Assembly: GCA_964448165.1 (NCBI GenBank)
Contig: CAYUVT010000001.1
Span: 10,351-54,268, forward strand
Length of the DNA: 43,918 nucleotides
DNA from: an uncultured Anaerolineaceae bacterium
Lineage (GTDB): Bacteria; Chloroflexota; Dehalococcoidia; Tepidiformales; Tepidiformaceae
Direction of reading: 5' to 3'
Part shown: piece after piece, positions 1 to 8,551 of the stretch
Layout of the letters: every line of letters starts with the position of its first letter
Numbering within the stretch: the stretch's first letter is position 1
The notes under the pieces: generated by a model
Databases searched by the model: none
What the model was told of the DNA's origin: nothing
What the model saw: only the letters and a program-made list of their open reading frames with translations
Position numbers and translations under genes: made by a program

Positions 1-689
1 ATGTCGATCAGCGCTCCGGTGAAGATAAGGATGCCCATCCCCACCATCACGCCGCCCGAGACACGTTCGACCGCGACATAGTGGCGAGCGAGGAAGTGTC
101 GCAATGTACCGAGGCGTTCGAACGCGAGGGCGGCGCCGAGGTGCGGGACGGCCATGCCCAACGCGAACGCCGAGAGCAGAGCAACCCCCAGCCAGAAGTC
201 GCCGAAGACGACCACGCTGGTGAGGATGGCGCCGAGCACCGGTCCGATGCAGGGCGTCCACGCGACCGACTAGGTCGCGCCGACAAGGAACGACCGCGTG
301 TACCCCGGCGCTGCGGTCTGGCCGACACGAAGCTCGAATGACCGCTGGAGTGCGGGCACCCGAAACACCCCCATCTGGACCAGGCCGAAGGCGATGACGA
401 TCGTGCCGCCGACCTTGAACAGTTGCGAGCGGATATCGGTCAGCGCGTAACCGGCGAAGCTCAGCCCGGCGCCGATCACCACGAACACCAGCGAGAACCC
501 GGCCACGTAGACGAGCGCGTGCGTCAGTCGCACCCGGCGCGAGGCGGACTGGGCTTCGACGCCTGCAAGATGCGCAAGGAACGCCGGCGTCATCGCGAGG
601 CAGCAGGGCGAGAGCGTGTTCACGGCCCCGGCCACGAACGCGAGTGTGAGCCCTGGGGCGGCGCGGTCGAACCCGAGGATCCAGTCCAT
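1..689 (-). pseudogene. ccdA: CcdA/DsbD-family cytochrome c biogenesis thiol-disulfide transporter with in-frame TAG at 270-272; 3' end runs off the window
   Basis: ORF 270-743 (likely start ATG 689, MDWILGF...) gives a TM protein with NTLSPCC. Reading on in the same frame past the TAG gives SVAWTPCIGPVLGAILTSVVVFG...GILIFTGALID, the second conserved CcdA half (WTPCxGP). The start ATG overlaps the upstream TGA (TGATG). Confidence 0.8.
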
Positions 690-1378
690 CAGCGGCAGGC
701 CCCCGGGTCGTGGTTGCCGGCCCGGATCCCCGCGACGATGCAACGCGCGATATCGGGATCGAGTTGCCCGATCCGGTGGTCGCGGATGATCCCCTGCTCA
801 TCGAGGAAAAAGGTCTCGGGGAGTCCCCTGAGCTTGTACGAGCCGGTGACCTCCCCGTACCTGTCGAGCGGCGTGGGGTAGTTGACCGAGAAATTGTTCA
901 CGAACTCCCGAGCGATGTCGGCTGATTCGTAGTAGTTGACTCCCAGGATCTGCGCGCTGTCACCCCACTCAGCCTGGAGCGCGACCAGGTCTGGCGTCTC
1001 CTTCCGGCAGGGGACGCACCACGTGGCCCAGAAGTTAATGACGACGGGCCGCCCTCGGAATTCCTCCAACCGGATCATCTGGCCTCCGAGGTCCAACAGA
1101 TGGAACCCTGGGGCAGGCTCCCCGAGCTTGGGCGCTCCTTCTCCTGTCGAGCCGAGGTTCAGCGAGGAGTACTCGCCCCCGATCGACGGCGCGGTCGGCG
1201 CGGCATTGATCTCCCGGAACATCTGCACCGCGACAATCCCGGCAACCACAGCGGCGATCGCCAGCACCGGGATGACAAGGTCGCGGAGCACGTTTCGACC
1301 GCGACGCTCGGCGGCTTCGTTGGTCTCCGGCGGATCCGGTTCATCGAGCCAGCCGCCGTCCTTGCGGTCGTCGTCCAC
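689..1378 (-). CDS. TlpA/ResA-like membrane-anchored thioredoxin (thiol:disulfide oxidoreductase)
   Basis: ORF 689-1459: TM segment VIPVLAIAAVVAGIVAV, then a thioredoxin fold with FWATWCVPCRKE. In-frame GTG 1378 lies 8 nt after the upstream stop with GGAG before it; ATG 1459 is the alternative start. Confidence 0.85.
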   Translation of the reverse strand: MDDDRKDGGWLDEPDPPETNEAAERRGRNVLRDLVIPVLAIAAVVAGIVAVQMFREINAAPTAPSIGGEYSSLNLGSTGEGAPKLGEPAPGFHLLDLGGQMIRLEEFRGRPVVINFWATWCVPCRKETPDLVALQAEWGDSAQILGVNYYESADIAREFVNNFSVNYPTPLDRYGEVTGSYKLRGLPETFFLDEQGIIRDHRIGQLDPDIARCIVAGIRAGNHDPGACR

Positions 1379-1385
1379 TTCTGCG

Positions 1386-2396
1386 CTACTCCGAAGCCCA
1401 CGTCGCGCCGCCGTCCTTGCTGCGGAAGACGTGTCCCGCGCGGTCGCTTTGAACCGCAACTACTGTGACGTCCACCGGGTCTGCCGGGCTAACCGCGACG
1501 ATCAGCACCTGGCCCCCTCCGGGCACGGCACGCTCCTGCCACGATGCGCCGCCATCTGTGGACTGGTAGAGCACGTCCTCTCCGCCTGCGTAGACCACAT
1601 TGGGGTCGCTGGCGGAGGCAGCAACAGCCATCGAGCCTGGCGCCCGGCCGTTTGTGGCAGCGAATTTCATCCCACCGTCGTCGCTACGGAGGATGCCGCT
1701 CTGCATGCTCGCTGCATAAACGCGCCCGCCAGGTCCTGCACTCAGGCCCATCACGTCGCCCGGCAGATTGGTTGCGCCCGGGGTCCACGTGGTCCCGCCG
1801 TCGTCACTGCGGTAGAGCCCGAAGCGGACCACGTAGGCATAAACCCGGTTCGGGTCGTCCGGGGCGGCAGCGAGGCCGTGGACATCGGTGGCCGGCAGAT
1901 CCGGGGTAATCCGCTCCCACGTCCGGCCTCCGTCCGCGCTCTTGAAAAACGTGTCATGGCCGGCGGCAAGGACTGTGTTGCCCCCTGGACCGGCGAAGGC
2001 CATCCCCATCGCGTCGTCGGTTTCACCCGAGAGGTTCGTCGTGAGCCAGGTCCGGCCACCATCCGTGCTCTGGAGGACGCCGCCGTGATGCCCATAGAGC
2101 ACGAGGTTCGGATCAACCGGGCTTAGCGCCATCGAGTGAAAGTCGTTCGTCCTGATCTGCGACAGCTCCCCGCCCGCCCCGGAGCCGGACGCAGCGTTGC
2201 TGGCCGGTTCGCCTGCCTCAGATCCGCCGCTCGAGGAGGCAAGTCGTATCCCCACGACGACGGCCACGGCGAGGATGACGATGCCGGCGGCACCGAGCCA
2301 GAGCCACGGCCGTGACCGCTCGGCCGGGCGATTCGCCTGCCGCCGCGCGGCGCGCCGTTCGGCATTCGTGGCGGTCCGATAGCGCCGCGCGCTCAC
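1386..2396 (-). CDS. Membrane-anchored BNR/Asp-box repeat beta-propeller protein (Ycf48/sialidase-like)
   Basis: Six Asp-boxes (STDGGRTW, SADGGRTW, SDDGGTTW, SDDGGMKF, STDGGASW, SKDGGATW) follow one TM (WLWLGAAGIVILAVAVVVGI). In-frame GTG 2396 overlaps the upstream stop (GTGA). The rest of long ORF 1386-2738 overlaps the next gene. Confidence 0.75.
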   Translation of the reverse strand: MSARRYRTATNAERRAARRQANRPAERSRPWLWLGAAGIVILAVAVVVGIRLASSSGGSEAGEPASNAASGSGAGGELSQIRTNDFHSMALSPVDPNLVLYGHHGGVLQSTDGGRTWLTTNLSGETDDAMGMAFAGPGGNTVLAAGHDTFFKSADGGRTWERITPDLPATDVHGLAAAPDDPNRVYAYVVRFGLYRSDDGGTTWTPGATNLPGDVMGLSAGPGGRVYAASMQSGILRSDDGGMKFAATNGRAPGSMAVAASASDPNVVYAGGEDVLYQSTDGGASWQERAVPGGGQVLIVAVSPADPVDVTVVAVQSDRAGHVFRSKDGGATWASE

Positions 2397-2758
2397 GAGG
2401 CGGCCCGGGAAGCTGCGGTGGAGGCTGTGGGGGCGGTCGGCACCTCGGCGCTCTCGACGGTGCTCGCAGAAAGCTCCAGCTCGAGCCGCTGCTCCTCTAC
2501 CCTGAGCGCCGCGAGGCGCGCGCGCGCGACTTCCACCGGGCCTTCGCTCTCGGAGTGGTGGCTTGACACGCTGGCGCCCGTGCCGTGGCCCCGCATCGCG
2601 AACATCATGACCCCCATCGAGAGCGGGCAGGCCGCCAGCAGGAGCAGAGGCAGGACAGCGAGGGTGGCCCCAGGGGCGAACACCAGGATCGCGACTCCTA
2701 CCGCCGCCAGCCCCGCCAGGACCTTCCAGTTGAAGCACATACCGAGCGCGTGACGCAT
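2393..2758 (-). CDS. DUF2933-like small membrane protein with His-rich tail
   Basis: ATG 2758 is preceded by GAGGAGG. MCFNWKVLAGLAAV...LLLLAACPLSMGVMMFAMRGHG resembles DUF2933 proteins of metal-resistance loci. First gene of the DUF2933-BNR-tlpA-ccdA string, which is joined by overlapping stops and starts. Confidence 0.65.
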   Translation of the reverse strand: MRHALGMCFNWKVLAGLAAVGVAILVFAPGATLAVLPLLLLAACPLSMGVMMFAMRGHGTGASVSSHHSESEGPVEVARARLAALRVEEQRLELELSASTVESAEVPTAPTASTAASRAAS

Positions 2759-2775
2759 TCCCGGCCTCCTCGTGT

Positions 2776-2794
2776 TACTACAGGATCTGTCGTA
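2776..2794. promoter_or_regulatory. Operator-like dyad S1: TACTAC-N7-GTCGTA between divergent DUF2933 operon and sco1
   Basis: Read directly. It overlaps TAGAAT (2793-2798, + strand -10 candidate) and follows TATTCT on the minus strand. Spacer is 7 nt, unlike the other sites. Confidence 0.5.
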
Positions 2795-2916
2795 GAATAC
2801 GGTTACGTCTGCGGGGATGCAACAGCACCAACCCGCTCCGCCCGCACCCGAGCAACCGCGATGACCTGTGGCGGGCCGCGTGGACCGATCTCGAGGAACC
2901 ACGCTGGAGGCGTCTG

Positions 2917-3552
2917 GTGGCCCGACTTCCCCTGTTCAGGCTCACGGGCGGGAGAGCGTTGCCCGTCGTGCTCATCCTGGGCGCATCGCTGCTCGCGCTG
3001 ACAGCGGCCTCGTGCGGAGATGACGAGGCCAGGCCGCTGGAAGTCACCTTCGGCGACGAGGGTGTCGTGATCAACGGCGAGCGATGGCCTTACCAGGGCG
3101 CCGCGATGTCGCGCGAGATCCCGATGCCGGAATCACGTTGCTCTATGTGGGCTACACGAACTGCGACGACATCTGTCCGACCCACATGGCCATGATCGCG
3201 AGAGCGCTCGACGAGCTTCCTCCCGAGGTTCGCACCCGGGTGAGGGTAATCTTCATCACGGCCGATCCCGAACGCGACACGCCGGCGACGCTTCGCGAGT
3301 GGCTGGATCGCTTCGATGCGTCGTTCATCGGGCTGACGGGCGACCCTGAGGCCCCTTGTGAAGGTCCAGGAGGCGCTCGGCATGAACCCGGCGGCTGTCG
3401 CCCTGCCTGCCGACGAGGACTATGAGCTGAACCATGCTGCCTACGTGCTCGCCTTCCCGGCGGGTAGTCCCACCGCGTTGATCGCTTATCCGGACGGCAC
3501 GCTGGCCCAAGCCTATCGCGAGGACCTCCAGACGCTCGCGGCCGAGGATTAG
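2917..3552 (+). pseudogene. SCO1/SenC copper chaperone lipoprotein, frame broken twice (or two sequencing indels)
   Basis: Three ORF pieces. 2917-3195 has the lipoprotein signal LLALTAASC. 3084-3425 has LLYVGYTNCDDICP, FITADPERDTP and FIGLTGDPEA. 3358-3552 has VKVQEALGM...YELNHAAYVLAF. Frame changes near G-run 3096-3098 and back at C-run 3352-3355; removing one C restores GLTGDPEALVKVQEALG. Confidence 0.75.
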
Positions 3553-3680
3553 CACAACCAAGCGCTCGCCCCCGGTCTTGGTCGTCGTGCGAACTGCCGA
3601 GACTGCACGATTGGCGAACAGGCCGCCGAGTTGTTCGGACGCGGGCTGCGAGGTCGGCGCCGCCATCGTGCCGGAAGATC

Positions 3681-4364
3681 TCAAGAGACTCGCTCGGCGA
3701 CCACCACGTCCCGGTCGAGGTATTCACCGGGGCCGCCACCGTCCAGGTAGGCCCGGAAGCGGCCCCCGCAGGTGATCAGCGTGATCCATTCGGCCCCAGC
3801 GGGCTTCTCAGGCGCGGAGATGAGATCGCCCATGGGGATCGTCGTGACGTCGTAGCGCTGCTTCCGGAACACGCGATAGCGGTACTCCTGACCGTTCGCC
3901 ATAAGGACCGCGACCTCGTCGCCGGGCTCGAGCTTGGAGAGATTGAAGAAAGGCCCGCGGATGTTCGGCCAGTAGTCGACATGGGCGGAGAACAAAGCGT
4001 TGCCCAACCACCCGGGCCGGTCGTAGATGCCGTACCAGCCGACCTTGAGCGGGTCCTTCGGCACGTCGAGCTGGTTCTCGCCCGGGATCAGGCCGATGTT
4101 CTCGATGCCCGCGTCAACCTCGAACCGGGGGATCCGGAACCCGACGACCTCCCCGGCGAACGGCTCGGGAGTGGCGGTCGCAGTGGCCTCCTCGGGGACG
4201 ACGACGATGGGAGTGGACACCGCGCCCGCGGTCGTGGGCACGTCGAACGCGGCGAGCGGAGCGACGGCCTCGGGTTCGCCGGAGCGCGTGGCGCCGAACG
4301 CCCAGACGAGGAAGGCCAGCCCGGCCAGGAACGAAGCGACAGTGAGCAGGCGGAAGCGGCTCAT
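3681..4364 (-). CDS. Sortase-family transpeptidase (class F-like), membrane anchored
   Basis: MSRFRLLTVASFLAGLAFLVW anchor, LFSAHVDYW (His), TLITCGG (Cys), RDVVVAERV (Arg). ATG 4364; the ORF extension to 4454 crosses operator S2 and is unlikely to be translated. Confidence 0.8.
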   Translation of the reverse strand: MSRFRLLTVASFLAGLAFLVWAFGATRSGEPEAVAPLAAFDVPTTAGAVSTPIVVVPEEATATATPEPFAGEVVGFRIPRFEVDAGIENIGLIPGENQLDVPKDPLKVGWYGIYDRPGWLGNALFSAHVDYWPNIRGPFFNLSKLEPGDEVAVLMANGQEYRYRVFRKQRYDVTTIPMGDLISAPEKPAGAEWITLITCGGRFRAYLDGGGPGEYLDRDVVVAERVS

Positions 4365-4366
4365 CG

Positions 4367-4383
4367 TACTACGTATCGTAGTA
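4367..4383. promoter_or_regulatory. Operator-like dyad S2: TACTAC-N5-GTAGTA, 2 nt upstream of sortase ATG
   Basis: Perfect 6+6 palindrome read directly. No room for a Shine-Dalgarno, so the sortase mRNA may be leaderless or near-leaderless. Confidence 0.65.
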
Positions 4384-4468
4384 TCTGTTCGGGCTCCCGC
4401 CAATTCCACGAGGTGGCCAGTGCGGGTTCGATCGGACCCCGAAGTCTGCCCCACATGGGAGGGTGATG

Positions 4469-4485
4469 CACGACAACGTGTAGTA
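4469..4485. promoter_or_regulatory. Operator-like dyad S3: cACGAC-N5-GTAGTA upstream of lipoprotein gene
   Basis: One mismatch (C for T at position 1); 32 nt upstream of GTG 4517. Confidence 0.5.
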
Positions 4486-4516
4486 GATTGGTGGCACCGC
4501 CTCCGAGGAGAGCCAC

Positions 4517-4966
4517 GTGGGCATCCAGGCCGGCCGTGTTCGCTTTATCTTAGGCGCAGCAGTCGTCGCAGCCTCCGCGGTCATCCTCGCCGGGTGCGTT
4601 AACCACGGTGACGACGCTACGCCCACGCCTGACACCACCAGCCCGCGTGCCGTCGTCGAGCGATTCTTTCACTGGTACGTGAGCGAGCGAAACCTCGGAC
4701 GCGACCCGATGGCCCGGTCGGCCCTCCAGGCGAACGCGGACGTGACGCAAGAGTTCATCTCATCAATGGAGGCCGTAGCCGCGGGCGGGCGCGACCCGAT
4801 GTTGTGTTCCGGGGAGATCCCTCACGCCTTCACCGTTGGTGAGCCAGAGGTGTCCGGCACGGCGGCCCGCGTCACCGTAGGCGGCAACCTTGCGGCCTGG
4901 AGGATTGACCTCAGGCAGGCAAGTTCGGTCTGGCGCATCACAGCTGTCACCTGCGCCGTCGGGTGA
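4517..4966 (+). CDS. Lipoprotein of unknown function (DUF3828-like FxWY motif)
   Basis: GTG 4517 after GGAGGAG; signal peptide with lipobox ILAGC; FFHWYV motif. Confidence 0.6.
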   Translation: MGIQAGRVRFILGAAVVAASAVILAGCVNHGDDATPTPDTTSPRAVVERFFHWYVSERNLGRDPMARSALQANADVTQEFISSMEAVAAGGRDPMLCSGEIPHAFTVGEPEVSGTAARVTVGGNLAAWRIDLRQASSVWRITAVTCAVG

Positions 4967-5339
4967 GAGAGCGTCGGGCTACGCCCGCGCTTTTCGGGAT
5001 CACCGGTTCCCTGACCCGGATTGGCGATGCCTGGTTTTCCTCAGTTGGACGGCGATTCAGGTCGATGCGACCACGACGCCGTGCGGCGAGCCCCTGTGCC
5101 GCGATGAGGAGCCAAAGCAGCCCGCTTGGGACCGTGACCACCGCGGAGACGGTCAATCCGAGGGAGGCATAGGTGACCGAGAACAGCAGGAGCAGGACGC
5201 CGGTCGGCAAGCTCGTGAGCACGGGCGGCTTCGCGCTGCCGAGGGCCGTTGGCAGGAGAGAGGCGAAGAACACGATCGCCCCGACGGTGAAGACGAGATC
5301 CTGCCACGATGCCAAGATACCTCCTCCCACCCACGTCAC
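4947..5339 (-). CDS. Small multi-TM membrane protein, unknown function
   Basis: GTG 5339 overlaps the M50 stop (GTGA). Three hydrophobic helices (VFTVGAIVFFASLL, GVLLLLFSVTYASLGL, GLLWLLIAAQGL). The basic tail may be over-extended. Confidence 0.45.
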   Translation of the reverse strand: MTWVGGGILASWQDLVFTVGAIVFFASLLPTALGSAKPPVLTSLPTGVLLLLFSVTYASLGLTVSAVVTVPSGLLWLLIAAQGLAARRRGRIDLNRRPTEENQASPIRVREPVIPKSAGVARRSLTRRRR

Positions 5340-6499
5340 GTCCCACTCGGCCCGTCCGCGCCGTCCGTGGATGGCTGGTCCGGTGCGACGGCGCCCGCAA
5401 GTTGCACGCGGTCGAGGAGCTCCCGGCGGGTGATCAGACCCACCATCCGCCCGTCCGCGAGCACCGGAACCTGGTTGAGCCGGCCATCACCGAGCAGGTG
5501 AAGGACATCGAGCGCCGACGTGTCCGTTGAAACCGTTACGACCTTCTCGCGAGGGGTCATGATGCGCTGTGCAGGCGTGGTACTCCATTCGGCACGCGGC
5601 ACGCGCTGGACGTCCGTCACCGTCAGGATGCCGAGGACCGCGCCGCCGTTCGCGACCATCACCGCCCGTTCCCCCTTCTCCACGATGTAGCTGTCGACCA
5701 CCTCCTGCACCGGCATTCCTGGCGGGACGCTGACGAAGTCGTCGTGCATGAGGTTCCGGGCGCGAAGTGGGCGGAGGATCGTGTCGAGTTGCAGCTGCGC
5801 AGATTCGCCGCGGGCCGCGCCGAGGAGGAACCAGCCGATGAAGCCAAACCAGATGCCGTTCCAAAGGAATCCGTTGAGGACGAACACGAACCCGATGCCC
5901 ATCAGGCCGTAGGCGAACACTTCTCCAACCCCCGCCGCGGTGCTCGTGGCGCGCCGAAAGCTACGCGTGCGACCCCAGACGATCGAACGGAGGACGCGAC
6001 CGCCGTCCAGGGGGAAACCCGGCAGGAGGTTGAACACGCCGAGAAGAAGGTTGACGGCGGCCAGGTAGCCGAAGATCGCCTCGACTTTCTCGTTGCTGGC
6101 ACCGGCCGTAATAGCGACCACGCCGGCGATGGCCGCGATGACCAGGCTCGTTGCCGGACCCACCACGGCGATGGCGAACTCCGTGCGTGCGGTTTCCGGC
6201 TGGCGCGCCAGCTGAGAAACGCCCCCAAAGATGAAGAGTGTGATACGCGGCACCGGCACACCGCGACGAATCGCAACGAGCGCATGCGCCAGCTCGTGAA
6301 TAAGCACCGTGACGAATAAGAGGACGGCCGCGGCCACGCCCACCAGCCAGTAGGCAGTCGTGCTCCACTCTTTGTAGTGGTCGGGGAAGACGCCATCGGC
6401 GAGCGTCCACGAAAGAAGCGCGACGATCAGCAGCCAGGAGAAGTGGATGTTGATGTCAATGCCGGCGAGCCGGCATACGCGGAAAGTGGTCCCGTGCAT
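5336..6499 (-). CDS. Site-2 protease family M50 metalloprotease with C-terminal CBS pair
   Basis: HELAHALVA (HExxH), NLLPGFPLDGGRVL (NxxPxxxLDG), then two CBS-like repeats (AVLGILTVTDV, RMVGLITRREL). Confidence 0.9.
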   Translation of the reverse strand: MHGTTFRVCRLAGIDINIHFSWLLIVALLSWTLADGVFPDHYKEWSTTAYWLVGVAAAVLLFVTVLIHELAHALVAIRRGVPVPRITLFIFGGVSQLARQPETARTEFAIAVVGPATSLVIAAIAGVVAITAGASNEKVEAIFGYLAAVNLLLGVFNLLPGFPLDGGRVLRSIVWGRTRSFRRATSTAAGVGEVFAYGLMGIGFVFVLNGFLWNGIWFGFIGWFLLGAARGESAQLQLDTILRPLRARNLMHDDFVSVPPGMPVQEVVDSYIVEKGERAVMVANGGAVLGILTVTDVQRVPRAEWSTTPAQRIMTPREKVVTVSTDTSALDVLHLLGDGRLNQVPVLADGRMVGLITRRELLDRVQLAGAVAPDQPSTDGADGPSGT

Positions 6500-6611
6500 C
6501 GGCTATCCGACTTCCACTGGGCGTTCATCGGCGAGCGGCGTATCCTGAGCCGGCGATTGGGGGCTCAACCTTTCTCCCTCTACGCCGGAGCCCTGGAGCG
6601 GCCCAGGCGAC

Positions 6612-6628
6612 TACTACACGATATAGTA
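6612..6628. promoter_or_regulatory. Operator-like dyad S4: TACTAC-N5-aTAGTA upstream of the M50 gene
   Basis: One mismatch. On the minus strand it overlaps TACTAT (-10 candidate), about 110 nt upstream of ATG 6499. Confidence 0.5.
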
Positions 6629-6799
6629 CAAACGCTCGTGGGCCGACGGCCGAATGGACCCAGGTTCGCAGGTCATCCGGGCGATCCTCCGCGCGAGCCG
6701 GGCTGCCTGAGGTTGAATGCCCGTTGATGGCGACTGGGCGATATTCGCGGCGCCCAAACCGGCCTTGAAGAACGACTCAGAGGGATGCGAGGGTCCCCG

Positions 6800-7615
6800 C
6801 TACATCAGGAGGTGGGAGGTGCCTACCGCCGCGCCGACCGCGACCAGGTGAGCGACCACAGCGGGCAGGACCAGTCCCGCGGCGAGGGCGAGAAAGCTGC
6901 GCGTTGGAGCTTGCGGGAGGGGCGTCTCGGGGTGAACGAGGCGCGTTAGACGAAGCTCGACGTTCGCTCCGGTGACGCCAGCGGCCGCGGAATGGGCCGG
7001 CGGCAAGGCTGCGGCGGCAATCGCCTCGAAGAGCTCGCGACGGCGCGCGCCATTGCGGATGGCATAGTCGTCCGCTTCGCACTCTGTCCGGAGCGTCTCG
7101 GTCTCAACCGCATTGGCCACCCAGGGCAGAAACGGGAACGCCCGGCCAGTTGCCCGCAGCAGCAGTCTCCAGAGCACGTCCCTGTTCAGCTGGTGCGCCC
7201 GTTCGTGCAGAAGCGCCGCGCGCAACTCGGCATAGCCTAGTTCCCGCTCAGCCCCCTGGCTCACGAAGACTGTGGGCCGCAGCCCACCAGCCGTAAAGAT
7301 CACGATTGCATCCGAAGGAAGCACGCGGTAGTACAGGCCGTCAAGGCGAGCGGGCGTGCTGGTCCGCGTGAGCTGCCGGAGATCGCCGACTCCGCGTGCT
7401 GTCCGGATCAAAGAAAAAAGGAACCCGGCCGCCGGCAGGGCAGACACCAGCGCGAGCGTCAGGAACCCGAAGACCCGCGGGTGCGAGAACTCGATCGAAA
7501 GGTTGGAGAGCCCAGCGGCATAGAGGTGTGTGACCGCGGGATGGACCGTCGCCACCGGCGCAAGCATCAGCGCGACCGCGAGGGCCAGGAGCGCGAGCCG
7601 GCTGCCGCGGCTCAC
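6800..7615 (-). CDS. BlaR1/MecR1-type M56 membrane metalloprotease lacking a sensor domain
   Basis: TM helices plus LLHERAHQLNRD (HExxH). Only 271 aa, so no C-terminal penicillin-binding domain. Start overlaps the repressor stop by 4 nt. Confidence 0.85.
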   Translation of the reverse strand: MSRGSRLALLALAVALMLAPVATVHPAVTHLYAAGLSNLSIEFSHPRVFGFLTLALVSALPAAGFLFSLIRTARGVGDLRQLTRTSTPARLDGLYYRVLPSDAIVIFTAGGLRPTVFVSQGAERELGYAELRAALLHERAHQLNRDVLWRLLLRATGRAFPFLPWVANAVETETLRTECEADDYAIRNGARRRELFEAIAAAALPPAHSAAAGVTGANVELRLTRLVHPETPLPQAPTRSFLALAAGLVLPAVVAHLVAVGAAVGTSHLLM

Positions 7616-8022
7616 GGATCGATGTCCGTCAGGTGGGCCCTGAGCTGAGCCAGGAACGTCGGGTTGAGTCGTTCGGCCTCCAGCAGGAAGGCCGAGAGGC
7701 CGGCATCGCCAAGCTTCACCATCGCGCCCGCCAGGAATTCCCCACGGCGCTCGGAGAACTGCTCACGCGACATTGTCGGTGCGTACACGTGCGCTTTCCC
7801 CTCGCCGCGGCGCGCAACGAGGCCCTTTTTGTGCAGGCGCTGCAGGACCGTAAGGATCGTGGTGTAAGCGAGACCTCTCGGATTACCGACCTCCGCGAAT
7901 ACCTCAGGGGTGGCTAATTCGCCCTTGTCCCACAACGCCGCAAGGACCTGTGCCTCGAGCTCGCCAACGGATATCGACTGTGCAGGCTCTTTCTCCGGGT
8001 TCATGACCTCATCGTAAGGCAT
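7612..8022 (-). CDS. BlaI/MecI/CopY-family winged-helix transcriptional repressor (no Cys)
   Basis: ATG 8022 after AGGAGGAGG. GELEAQVLAALWDKGELATPEV...LAYTTILTVLQRLHKKGLVARR...HVYAP is the family signature. The CopY C-terminal CxCx4CxC motif is absent. Confidence 0.9.
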   Translation of the reverse strand: MPYDEVMNPEKEPAQSISVGELEAQVLAALWDKGELATPEVFAEVGNPRGLAYTTILTVLQRLHKKGLVARRGEGKAHVYAPTMSREQFSERRGEFLAGAMVKLGDAGLSAFLLEAERLNPTFLAQLRAHLTDIDP

Positions 8023-8117
8023 GTCCTCCTCCTGCTGGACGGCCCACTTGGTACACGGGGAATTGGCCACTCGACCGTAGCCGCGGCACCGATCCCGGCT
8101 CACGCTAACGATGGTGA

Positions 8118-8134
8118 TACGACGGGGCGTAGTA
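8118..8134. promoter_or_regulatory. Operator-like dyad S5: TACGAC-N5-GTAGTA between repressor gene and divergent SHOCT/cupredoxin genes
   Basis: Matches the consensus perfectly. Overlaps TAGTAT (+ strand -10 candidate); about 95 nt upstream of the repressor ATG, so a likely autoregulatory site. Confidence 0.65.
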
Positions 8135-8262
8135 TTGCATGACGATGCCCGAGGCGGCTCGTCTTGTGCGGCCTTGTGCCGGCCCCGGCGAGCCGCATCA
8201 ATGCGGCGCGCGGACGGCCGCCGGGCAGAGCAAGCGCCGATCGCCGCGAAAGGAGCAGTTGC

Positions 8263-8487
8263 ATGTGGGGAGCACACGAGGGAATGGGATGGTGGATGCT
8301 GTTCGGTGGCGTTTTCTGGGTGTTATTCATCGTGACCTTGGTGTACCTGTTCACGAGCGCATTCGACCGCAGCTCTGGCACGACGGAGACACGATCAGAC
8401 ACACCACTGGAGATCGCGAAGCGCCGGCTCGCAGCCGGCGAGATCTCCCATGAGGAGTTCGACCGGCTGCGCGAGAAGCTTCGCTAG
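8263..8487 (+). CDS. SHOCT-domain small membrane protein
   Basis: ATG 8263 after AAAGGAG. MWGAHEGMGWWMLFGGVFWVLFIV TM segment, then the C-terminal SHOCT motif LEIAKRRLAAGEISHEEFDRLREKL. Confidence 0.75.
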   Translation: MWGAHEGMGWWMLFGGVFWVLFIVTLVYLFTSAFDRSSGTTETRSDTPLEIAKRRLAAGEISHEEFDRLREKLR

Positions 8488-8551
8488 GCCTGGGTCGCAG
8501 CAGCGGCGGATCGTCAGCGTGCCGGAGAGACCGGCAAGGGAGTAGTGACAG

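Noticed and set aside
270-272. TAG in ccdA as programmed recoding (pyrrolysine or readthrough)
   Set aside because: No pyl genes or recoding signals are visible, and other genes in the window use TAG as an ordinary stop. A point mutation or base-call error is far more likely.
936-2126. 396-aa ORF on the + strand
   Set aside because: Antisense to the TlpA and BNR genes, low-complexity Ser/Arg/Ala composition, and no start context.
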